The translations under genes were made by a program, and so were the position numbers. 64,000 nucleotides of DNA. It comes from Podarcis filfolensis. Lineage: Eukaryota. The notes under the pieces were generated by a model, which was given only the letters and a program-made list of their open reading frames with translations, had not been told where the DNA came from and made no database searches. Shown in pieces: positions 49,482 to 60,510 of the stretch (position 1 is its first letter; each line of letters opens with the position of its first letter). The stretch is taken from assembly GCA_964270895.1 (NCBI GenBank), contig OZ185435.1; one strand, 5' to 3'.

Positions 49482-50546
49482 TAGCCCAAGTATTATTTTT
49501 ACAAATTAGCTGAAAAAATGCATAACTGGGCTTTATGATTAGAACATGGACATCTTTTCATATGTGCTCTGAATCAATATCTGTAGCTTTTCATGCAAAA
49601 TTTTAATACCACCAGCAGCATGGCAAGCTTTGAATTTCTTCACAAAAAAACTAACCAACCATAACTGCTCAGTTATTGTACCAATATGGGTTAAATGGAT
49701 CCCATTTTTGTGTTTTTAAGCCTTTCATTTTGAGCAGAGAACAGGTGGAAGAGGATGTATTATTTAGGAAGACAGCGGGTATACACCACCACAGGATTTA
49801 GGATCCAGTTAGTGATGCACAGTGCTTCTGTGCTACTACTGTTTCTCCATTTTCTCTCACAATATATTTACACAAGATAAGTTCCTTACTCCAGAAACAA
49901 CTCCATGAATTTTAGAATGTTAGTATCTTCACATCAGCACAGCACTGACACCTGCACATTTGATGCTGGCTCCTATTCACTGGAATTTGATTTCAGTCCT
50001 AATAAACTATGGGCCATTTTCAGCTAGGTTGTTGAACTAGCAAGGTGCACCACAATGAGTCCCACTAGCACAATGGGACTTCCTCCCCCTCTTCCCCCTG
50101 CACCCTCCTCGAATCCCTAGAACAGTGTGCAGGGTAGGGGAGGAGATGGGAGATGATTTTGTTTGGCCAGCAGAAATGCTTGTGATGATGGAAAGATCAT
50201 TTTAGCACTACCTATAATATTTTATAGCCCTGGAGTACACTTTAGAGTGGCTGAGAAATATACAGCAGTTTATTTATTCAAGCGGCAGATTCGAAGTCAT
50301 GAAGATTCTACAGGTGTCTGTGATTGACAACCTGCAGCTCAAATAATCCCTAGAAACTTTAGTACTTGTGTGCCTGTGAGAAATCAGGCTCCAGAAACAG
50401 ACATGCATCCCAAATGCAGGTGCTCGCTCAAATGTATAACCAAATGTGCACTCCTCTGAAAACTATGGTGTGCAGAGATATTGCTTCTCCATTCAAGCAC
50501 ACACCTATCTTACCCCCAGTTACCAATCTAGGAAGCACCCTGCTTA

Positions 50547-50794
50547 CCTTTGCTTTGTGCTTCCTAGGTACAAGTCTGTGTCCAAGTGGTTACTTATTTA
50601 TTATTTTTGGTCCTGGTGCTTTCCCCAGAAAAACCCATATTTTACCACTGAATTGGAACAAACGGCAAGCAGGTTTTCTGCAGATTGCTGTTTGTTCTGA
50701 TTCAGTGGTAAAACAGGGGTTTTCCTGAGGAAAGCCCTGGGACAAAACCCACTCAGATATGAACCTGAAAAGCCCAGAAAGCACAAAGCAATGG
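50547..50794. repeat. Long inverted repeat (foldback element) in ROPN1 intron
   Basis: Inner ~60-bp arms 50605-50747 (ttttaccactgaattggaacaaacggcaa / ttgctgtttgttctgattcagtggtaaaa); outer arms cctttgctttgtgcttcctagg / ccagaaagcacaaagcaatgg. Confidence 0.8.
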
Positions 50795-51074
50795 GAAGTA
50801 TGGATAAACCATGAAAGGACAAATGCCAACTGACAGTTCAAAGGATCTAGAGAAGGGGAAGTGACCTGGGAGATTTGTACACATTTAAACACATTTCAGG
50901 CCTCCAGTTGAAAGACAACTGCTTGCTTCCCTTCAGCTAACTCTAGAGAGCTGAGAGCTATCACTAGTGTCCTGCTTTCTGCTTCAACATGAATAGACAG
51001 CATGTGGATAGCACACATGTGTATCCCTGTGTTCTTTCTTGTTCTGGGGTACAAAGGTCTTTTTCAAAATATAT

Positions 51075-51197
51075 TGTTGTTTAGTTGTTTAGCCATGTCC
51101 AACTCTTCATGACCCCATGGACCAGAGCACGCCAGGTACTCCTGTCTTCCACTGCCTCCCGCAGTTTGGTCAAACTCATGTTGGTAGCTTCGAGAAC
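51075..51197 (-). mobile_element. RTE-BovB LINE 3' end, 5'-truncated
   Basis: tgttgtttagttgtttagccatgtccaactcttcatgaccccatggaccagagcacgccagg...; perfect 9-bp TSD AAAATATAT (51066-51074, 51198-51206). Confidence 0.85.
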
Positions 51198-52844
51198 AAA
51201 ATATATACTCCTGCATATCTAGGGCATTCTCCCCTGTGTGTAAGAATTCATTCCTATATTCTTCTTGTGCCCGCAATGGCACTCAAAAGCAGACACAGCA
51301 TACCAACTTCATTAACTGGGTGGGTGATAATATCCCCAAAATAGACATCCCAAGTGTTAGTGGCATCATTTATTCCCAAGTGGACAGTGTCAACATATTG
51401 TTCCAAAGCCACTGCCTGCTTTTCTACATTGAATTCAGGCCCATTCAAGATCCACATGACCCTCATCTGCCTGATCCTCTTCTTTGGAACACTTAATACA
51501 TAAGGAAAACCTAGCATTGTTTGTACAGATTGCACAGCCTGCACAAGAAACAGAGAGCTATAGATGCAAAAGCTCAACATCATAATTAAACCTTTTCCAG
51601 AAATACTGCTTCCCAAGGTTATGGTTGTATACTAAGGCTGTAATCCTAAATATGCTTACTCAGAAGTAGAGATTAAGTTTGAGTAAACATGTTCAGGACA
51701 GTGCTGCACAACTCGCAGTGAAGGGTTTAAAACAACACACTGAAAGGCAGTAGACCTGCTGTGGACACCTCTTAAAACTGTGCCATGTCATTAACTTTTC
51801 AACAGCTGCATATTGAATATTAAAACAGCAAAATGCTGGAATAATCTCAAAGCACATGGTCAAGCACTGCAGTCTCACAAACTTATTTCTTAAATATTTG
51901 CTACTATGAGTTCAAGCACCATCTACTAAATTTGGAATGAACACAGAGAGTGAGACCCCTTGCAGCTTTTGAGAGAAAGGCTGGGATATACATCTAATCA
52001 ATCAATAAATAAATAAGATATGGAAGCATTAGCATATTATCCAGCAGTGGGGTCCTAAGATATAAGATACAGTTTTCCCCTGCCAAAAAAAGTGGACTGG
52101 GTAAGTCCATTTTCTCCTTCTTGCACAGTAGGAATCTGCAGTAAAAGCAGCAGTCCTGTACTTGTTTTTGCACGTTTAGAATCAAACTATCCTGGTGTAG
52201 CTATATACTAGACTAGAAGCAGAAGGTGAATTAGTTCTTGGTGCAGCTGCACCACCCCAGTACCTGCACCCTCAGTGTTTTCCAGCCTAGTAGATGTCAA
52301 GTCAGTATAACAGCAGTTTGAATGTCACCTGGTCCATTTTCAAAAGATCTACATTAGGTTTGTGTATGTCACCTCATAATTAAGGCTCAGTCTCGGTACG
52401 AGACAGTTATGTATTAATATATTGATAAACTGGCATATACAAATAAGCAAGGATACCCTGCCCCATCACAGAACTGAGAAGATGCAGACATGATTACATC
52501 CTACTTACTTTTTGGGAGGAGTACAACAAGATATCATGGTGCAAAGCAGAACCACAGTTAATAAAAACTCAGCACAACATTTTCTAAAACAGTTAGTACA
52601 TACCTGTGGCATTTCTGTCTCATTCTTTGCCTAGACACTTACAGTAAAAAATATCAAAGCAGCAACATACTCCGTCTTACAAAGAACAGAGCAAGGATTC
52701 AACCAACATCCCAATCTGCTTAGCTGTATCTTAGTTCTGTGTACATTTTTATTTATTTTTACTGATTCTACAAAGCAAACAGAATGCTTACCATCTCTGA
52801 AATTTGTACGATTAGGAAGGAATTCCTGGCACTAAAGCAGGTGA

Positions 52845-53132
<288 letters not shown>

Positions 53133-53219
53133 TAGTATTTACTTTTAGTGGGTCTATGTCATGTGGATTATTATTAAGAGCTCGAAGTTTCACTCAGGAA
53201 GCAGTGAATGGCAGAACCA

Positions 53220-53237
53220 GCTGCCACCTAATGGGCC
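53220..53237 (-). promoter_or_regulatory. Candidate CTCF site
   Basis: Minus strand GGCCCATTAGGTGGCAGC, one mismatch to the core CCASYAGRKGGCRS. Confidence 0.4.
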
Positions 53238-53695
53238 TTACTGCAGCAGCCTCCCTTCCTGTATTTTTGTAGTCCCAGAACAGAAGGAAAGCGAGAACAA
53301 CAACCACAACTTATTGGACTGTTGTATGAAGGTATTACCTGGGTTAATGGAGAAAGAATACCTTGGTTGCCCATTTGTTCCTAATATGGCCTCACCCAGG
53401 TCTGCTTGTACACACAGAGCAGAAAGAGCTGGGAAAGAGGCTATAGATTTCAGAAGTGGTAGTAGATGGGTACCATTTCAGGTGTAGGGGGAATCACTTT
53501 TAAAAAAATATTCTGCTGTGAGTTTTAAAAAATACAAGTTGAAAAGTAGCACAGCAAGGAGCAGGCCACTAAAGTACCGTACTTTGGTCCTCAGAGTCCT
53601 AATTTTCTTCTTACTGTGAATGCCAATTCTAAACATCAATTCGAATTGGTACAATCCACTCCACAATCCCCACAAGCTTGGATTCTACCACTGTA

Positions 53696-55781
53696 GAGGA
53701 CTTCCGGGTTGGTGCCACTGTTTAATGGCGGATTCCCTCCGAGCTCCGGAGGGAATCGGCTCCGTAGTGTCTGGGTCTGGCCGCTGCGGCGAAGCGGGGA
53801 CCCTTAAAATCACAGGCGCGGATGCCTGTGAACACAGAGACTCGGCGGGCACCATTTGCGCCCCCCCAATCCGCGACGGAGCCTCTTTAAAGGCTTCGGA
53901 ACGGAGGCAGGGTAAGGCGTGGTGCTGAGAGTACTCCCTCGCCTACGGAGTGAAGCCGCAAGCCATTGACAGAGAGCGCCAACTTCTTTTAAGAGTGATT
54001 GGATCCTAAAACATCAACCCGTGAGTAATACGGAGATTGGAACTTTAAAAAATTTCTTATCCTGGATTTGGAACGAGCGGGAAGGGGCTAAAAAGGAAGT
54101 CCACCCCCCCCTCTTTGTAAACAACTTAAAGCAAAGGACTGGGCAGCTAAGGTCGAGAGAATCTGTTTTTTGCTTTTCTTAACAAAGATCCTGACCTCAC
54201 GGTTTGGACATTATAAGAAGATATTCTGGAGGATAAAAAGAATTTTGGGAGCTGAAACTACACCCCCCCCTAGACCCGGGAACGTCCGATGAGAAAGCCT
54301 GTTGCATGGAAGATTTTGACAGCTGTCAAGTGAGCTGCTAGTCAGCTAGTTGTCAGCTGGAAAAAGAGAACATTGTTTCTGCTGTTTTTGCTGGTTTATT
54401 CGGGATAACTTGTTGAAAATAAGGTTGATACAAAATAACTGGACTTTTGGTTTTTGAGCTGAAAGGAAGATTAAGGAATTAAATCCCCCTAGAGGGGTAA
54501 CAAGGATACTACATTACAAAAATGGCTGGAGTGTCTAAATTCCAAGCAGAATTGGACAGAGCACTGGTTCTCTTGGGAAACTTACAAGATGAGTACGATG
54601 CTTTGTCTACAGAGGTATCGCTATTACACTGGACAGTAAACAACAGCTTGGAGTCTGATAAGGATTTGAAACAGGAAGCCTATTCAACTGAACAAATAAA
54701 TGAAACCGAAAGCGTAGACACGATGGAGCAATATGTTCTTTTTGAAGAAAACGAAGGAGGAGATGGAGGTTTGCAGGAGTCAAAGGAGAGCTACAATATG
54801 AGGCCTGACATGATGATAAAAAAGGACAATAAAAACTGGATGCGGAAAGCCTGGTTTGATTGGGAATTTGGAAAATGGAGAGATCCTCTTTTGAGGAGAT
54901 CTGAAGACCTGAGGATTATAAATTTGTTGAAGGTGGAAGCTGGAGCTGTGGGGACATTTGGATTTGAAAGAAATTTGAAACAAGAGTTGGAATACCCCAT
55001 AGGCTTTGCTTTTGCTTTTAAGTATGGAGGACTGGCTAGAAGTAACACCGATTCTGTTGGGCCTGAGCCCCTCCGAGACCTGGGGCTTAACATCAAGGTC
55101 TATCAAAGAGACCGGCAGAAAGGAACTGAGAGAGACATAAGGGCCTCGGACCTGAGATCTCCAGGCTAAATAAATAATATAAAGACTGATGGATATTGGT
55201 TGGGGACTGGAACCGGGAGAAGGGTGGGTGGAGGTTGGGAATCCAAAGGGTACATAAGGATAATTTGCATTGCTTTATTTGTTTTATATTTTGTTAGTGG
55301 TAAGGAAATTGGGTAAACCGTGGAAGGGAAATTTTGGTCGACCTTAGGAAAAAGGTTTAAGAATAAATTAATGAGGTATAAGTATTGATGAGTAATTTCA
55401 ATAAGGTGAAACTGGTTTTTTTTCCTTTTTTTTTAAATTAAGTGAAAATAAGGCTGTTAAAAATAAATGGAGGAAATGGAAAAAAGAAATAAAGTAAAAT
55501 AACAGTATGTTAGAATAAATGTTTAAGTTAAGGTGAAGAAATAAGTTAAGGACTTGCTGAATTGACAATTTAAATTGGAATACAAGAAGGGGAGGTGTGA
55601 GGAGGTCTGAGAAACAAGGTTGAGGAAAATAAGTATCAGAAACTGTATGTGTTTTTTCTATTTTTCTGGTTAGTTTTGAATATGCTTTTTTGTGTTGTTT
55701 TTATTTTGTTTATTTTTTTTGTTTTTGTTTGTTGTGTGTTTTTTGAAAATACCAATAAATATTTAATAAAAAAAAAAAAAA
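53696..55781 (+). mobile_element. Full-length non-autonomous L1-type retroposon with a single ORF (HAL1-like)
   Basis: Perfect 16-bp TSD GGATTCTACCACTGTA (53680-53695, 55782-55797); CpG-rich 5' UTR starting GAGGACTTCCGG..AATGGCG; one ORF; T-rich 3' end, AATAAA and poly(A); no endonuclease/RT ORF. Confidence 0.85.
54522..55169 (+). CDS. Retroposon-encoded 215-aa protein, putative diverged L1 ORF1p
   Basis: Intact ORF with good Kozak (AAAATGG); N-terminal heptad coiled-coil (FQAELDRALVLLGNLQDEYDALSTEV); LRRSEDLRIINL resembles the ORF1p RRxNLRIxGL motif. Homology inferred, not searched. Confidence 0.6.
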   Translation: MAGVSKFQAELDRALVLLGNLQDEYDALSTEVSLLHWTVNNSLESDKDLKQEAYSTEQINETESVDTMEQYVLFEENEGGDGGLQESKESYNMRPDMMIKKDNKNWMRKAWFDWEFGKWRDPLLRRSEDLRIINLLKVEAGAVGTFGFERNLKQELEYPIGFAFAFKYGGLARSNTDSVGPEPLRDLGLNIKVYQRDRQKGTERDIRASDLRSPG

Positions 55782-57719
55782 GGATTCTACCACTGTATTC
55801 TGCTGTGTGTGGCGAATTAAAAGGGCAGAGGACATTTTCCCATTGCAGTAAATCTGGTGCTGTTGGGAGGGTCGCCATTAGTGGCCGAGTTGTCCTATTC
55901 CCTACACTGTACCTACTTTCCGTACTCTTCCTACCATGAGGAACCGCACATCATATAAGCTTTGTAAAAGCCCTTCTACCTTAAGATAGTTCACCAGCTA
56001 ACAGCTACAGTCTCCACCCTTTCTCCCCCTCTTTTTCATGGCAACTGCATAAGATCCCAGATGAGTTTCAATACTGGATTTTGTTACACCATATTTGTCT
56101 GGTGGGCTCTTTTTTGGATGAATCACAAGTAATACCAATCTCCCTTTATAGCCTAGATTTAAAAAACAACAACTCAATCTTTACTTTTGCAATTTGAATT
56201 ATTAAATTGCACCAACGTAAGATAATATTGTATGGATATTCAGGCCTCTCCCTCATTCATGAACACAAACATATTCCACAGAAATTATTGCTTTAACATG
56301 TAACAAAGGGAGGTTGCAAATTTACAAGGAGTAAAGCTGGATTGGTATAACATCCAACTAATCATGGGTTGCCACATTCTCACATGGTAGAAGCCCTAAG
56401 AATCCCACTGTTGCAGCTGTCCTGATGGCAGCTATTATCTGCGGAAGTGCATCTAATGCTATAAAGACACTTAACAGTGCGGGTTAACATTACTCTTCAT
56501 ATGACCACTGATTGTATTAATATAGGCTGATTAATGTATCTCTCGGAATGAACTGTTGTAATCTTGCATCCAAAACTTTATCATAATCCATTGTATTTCT
56601 GTTTCTCTCTCCTGCCCTTTAGCCTGTTTTACTAGGGGCACCATTTATGAATCTGGCTTTTTGTGTCTGTGAATTTGTCTGTTCCTGCAGTCTTCTTCCT
56701 CACCTGAAGTCATAATCTTATATTTATAACATTACAGTTAGCAGCTGTGGAGATAATTCTGATTTCAGAGAAGATTTTGACTTCAGGTGAGCAAAAGATA
56801 AAAAGCAGACAGAGCTAATATATATTGTTGTTGTTGTTTTCATCTATGTTTGTTAGTGTGTCACTTAGCTTTCCACTTCCTTGGTTCCTACAGATTTGGT
56901 GGCGCAACAAAATTCTTTATGCTTTTTATTTTGTTCTCTTTTCCCCAAGCTCAACCATGTTATCAGGGAGGAAGGGAATTCTTTCAGACAGAATAAATTA
57001 TTCACTTTACTTATATATCTAATTCTTATCACAATGTTGGTATTTTCAGATCTTTAGGAGATTTTAAAAACATACCCTGTTGCTGACAGTCAAAACTCAC
57101 TTATCACAGTCCTGTGTGGTGCACAGCATAACTGTAGCCTCTTAGGAAACAAGCTTCCAGGCTCATCTCAGCCCACCCATGCTCACCATTGGCTTCTTCC
57201 AGGCAGGAAGGAGTATACAAGGCACAGGCCAATAACAAATAAATTAAGAGTACTCTATCTACTGAGTAAAGGGGAATTTTCAGGAAATAGTCATTTACCA
57301 AAACAGAGCAACTCAAACATCAACTTTCCTAGAGAATATCTCCTTATATACAATGTTGTGCATTAATGTATTACTGTTATTGTTACTATAAAGTGCCAAT
57401 ATATATATATTTTTAAGAGAGTATATAAAGCCCAGTGTATATAGTAATTGGCCGCAGTCTAACAGATATTAAAGTGTGCTTAATCCCACTGAAATCATTA
57501 GTATCACAGTAACTCTGCCCTGTGGCCCCTGTTCTTTGATACATCTTAGCACATAAAAATTGAACTGCATTCTTGGTATGGCTTTCCATCATAATAAGAG
57601 ATGTTTATCAAGAAACACCTACCTTAAAAATTTAAGCTTCACATGACTTGTACAAGGCCCTCCACTCCCTTATCCTCCTCCTCACAATAACCCTGTGAGG
57701 TAAGACTAGGCCGGGAACT

Positions 57720-57790
57720 CACCTCAGAGCTTCATAATTGTGTGGAGATTTGAACCTGGCATTCCCCTATTCTAATCACTACACCATAAT
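57720..57790 (-). mobile_element. MIR/CORE-like tRNA SINE fragment
   Basis: aaccctgtgaggtaag...gagcttcata..gagatttgaacctgg. Confidence 0.6.
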
Positions 57791-57923
57791 CCACCACAGC
57801 AGAGCGGTTTTATCCAGAACTATACTTACCACCTAACTATAATTCTCAGGAATTCTGGCAAAGAAGCTGTGACTGTTTAGTTGAGTCACATAAATAAACA
57901 GTTGCTCACTCTTCTGTTTATGG

Positions 57924-58056
57924 CAGGGGTAGCCAATGTGGGGGGCCCCAGACATTTTGGCCAGCAACTCTCACCATCCCTGACCATTTCCCAACTGGGC
58001 AGCGCTGAAGGGAGTTGGGCCACAACATCTGGAGGACACCACAATAGCTATCACTG
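57924..58056. mobile_element. hAT (Charlie-type) MITE
   Basis: CAGGGGTAGCCAAT / ATAGCTATCACTG; TSD GTTTATGG / CTTTATGG with central TA. Confidence 0.75.
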
Positions 58057-58180
58057 CTTTATGGCTTTATAGCCAGACACCGAGCTATTTCTTTTTTAGT
58101 ATTTCTAGAAATGAATAATAACTAGTTGCTTTATTATGAAAGGCAAACTTAGATACCAATTCTTCTTATCTTTTTAATAG

Positions 58181-58357
<177 letters not shown>

Positions 58358-58624
58358 TAAGTAACCCCAGTATATCTAATACATACAGCTAACGTAAATG
58401 TCAAGGCGTGTGGCTATTTGCATCATAGGTTTTACCCTCTTGTATGGTATTGAAGTGCAGTAGTTTTTACAGCTATAGGGACAGATATTGCTAAGTTCTA
58501 GGGCCAGTTTGTTCACAGGACAGGACATCCTCGCATTAAACAGAATAATCAGGACTGGAAAAAATCCCAGTTTGATATACCATGTCTCTAAAAACTTGGG
58601 ATTGTGTCCAGTTGGAAGCCCCAT

Positions 58625-58790
58625 CAAGCAATTCAAGCTGCTATACATGTTTCTCCCCCTTCCCATTTTATCATCACAACTCTGAGAGGCAATGACTGAC
58701 CCAAGGTCACCCACTGAGCTTCATGACTTGAGTGGGGATTTGAATCGTGGTCCACCATGCCCCAGTCCACCACTCTAACCACTATACCTG
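58625..58790 (-). mobile_element. MIR/CORE-like tRNA SINE
   Basis: cccaaggtcacccactgagcttcatgacttgagtggggatttgaatc...ctctaaccactatacc (reverse tRNA head). Confidence 0.7.
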
Positions 58791-59032
58791 TTGACTCTGA
58801 TACTTAAAATTTAAAATATTTTTCCATGCCCACTGTGGTTGCGAGGTCTCTTTAGAAATCTTTTGATCATAATCCCTGATTTATTATAGTTAACGCTACT
58901 GTCGTGGCCACTGATAGCAAGAATTGCTTATTTACGCATACATTTTAAATCCCAATTTTCCTATCCACTTTGGCTCTGTCTTGGGAAAAGAGTTTTGCGT
59001 CAAAGCATCCTGTATTTCAAACTATATATGGT

Positions 59033-59050
59033 TGCTGCCCCCTTGTGGCA
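59033..59050 (-). promoter_or_regulatory. Strong candidate CTCF site
   Basis: Minus strand TGCCACAAGGGGGCAGCA, close to the CTCF core consensus. Confidence 0.55.
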
Positions 59051-59268
59051 TTCCTCGACTCACAGACTAATTTGGACTACGCTGCCTGCACTCAGTGCAG
59101 TTCTTTTAAATGTACTTCACTGAGGTAGAAGACTGGCATCTAGAAAGACAGAAGATGGTGCTACAATTATGTTTGTGATATAAAAGTTTAGAATGTTTCA
59201 TAAAGATCAAGTATTGCTGGTTGAGCAAACCTCTAATTTTATTTTTTATTTTTATGTTCCCTACACAG

Positions 59269-59335
59269 CATTGGGCCAGACGGCTTGATCAAGGTGAATG
59301 ATTTTACCCAGAATCCGCGGGTCAGGTTGGAGTAG
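59269..59335 (+). CDS. ROPN1: Ropporin-1 terminal coding exon
   Basis: ctacacag|C IGPDGLIKVNDFTQNPRVRLE TAG; 67 nt. Total CDS 116+118+162+176+67=639 nt = 212 aa plus stop, matching the recalled mammalian ROPN1 length and C-terminus rather than ROPN1L. Confidence 0.96.
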
Positions 59336-59447
59336 TTCTCAGTACATCATACACTGCTATGTTGATAGGAAGAAGACGAAACAGAGGACAGAATAAGAAT
59401 TACAAATAGGCCAACCTCTCAGTCTCTTTTTTCCCTTTGTGTCCGTT

Positions 59448-59453
59448 AATAAA
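59448..59453 (+). terminator. ROPN1: Probable ROPN1 polyadenylation signal
   Basis: First AATAAA, 113 nt after the stop codon. Confidence 0.6.
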
Positions 59454-60377
59454 CAGTTTCGCAAAGCAACAAATAAGAAAGATGGAAACATAGATTGAGA
59501 AGGTGCCACTGGAGTAGAGTACAGTCTACTGTTAAACTTTCTGGTGCTATGATATACACACGTCCACCCAAATAAATATCATAGACTACCAAATAGTATA
59601 AACCTATTATATTAAATATATATTGAGGTCCACCCTTCTCCCCTCTTTTTGCATTTCAAAATATCCGGCACTGCCATGTGAAACTGGTGGGAATTTCAGA
59701 TACCTTCATCTGCAGGGGAAAACTTCAGAACTGTTTCCATTATTTCCCTGGGAACAAAAAGGAGGCCTTCAAGTTTGCTTTCCATTAGTGATTGTTCAGT
59801 TGTGCATTTATTCAGGTATAGTGCAACCCTTCATATTTCAAATGAACTAGTCTGGGGTTCACTTTCTGTGGTATGATTGATATATTATAATTGATAAATG
59901 ATACAAGCAGACAAAAGTGTGAGTGTCGCACACGTGAAATAAGGTACCCCAGTGTCAATACAGCTAATAGAGTGGCTCTAGAAACACATTGTATTATTTG
60001 ACTCTCTGGCTCTATAAGCAGATTTATAAAAGATGTTTAACACTGGTGTTTGTGAATGTTCGGAGTGATAAATAACAACTTTTTGGAACGGTGAAGACCT
60101 GGAAATTTAGAGCTGCTTCCTTGAATACAAAACAAATATGCACCATGTGGGAGAGTTTAAAAGTGCATGTACATTCATTCATTCATTCATTTATTCATTT
60201 AGCATCTGTTACTTTAAAACATATATCATACAAAAAAGAGACACGATCCATTGTTTGCTACACCCTCTAGTAATTGCAATGGAAATCTGTTTGCCTTTCT
60301 AATTACTGCTGGTGTGGGATATGGAAAATCCAAGCACTTTATTTTCTTCAATTTCTTTTTTAAAAAAAACCAGAAAA

Positions 60378-60510
60378 TGGGGAACTTGTGGTCCTCCAGA
60401 TGTTGTTGGGTTCCAGTTTTATCATCCCCAGCAACCAGTGCAGCTGAAGGTCAGAGACTGTGGATGTTGCAGTCCAGCAACATATGGAGGACCAGAGGAT
60501 TCCTATCTAT
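60378..60510. mobile_element. Palindromic hAT-like MITE, degenerate
   Basis: gggaacttgtggtcctccagatgttg ... caacatatggagggaccagaggattcc. Confidence 0.65.

Noticed and set aside
53620-53928. 102-aa ORF over the 5' end of the retroposon
   Set aside because: Starts outside the TSD at a non-ATG codon and reflects the GC-rich UTR; at most a uORF.
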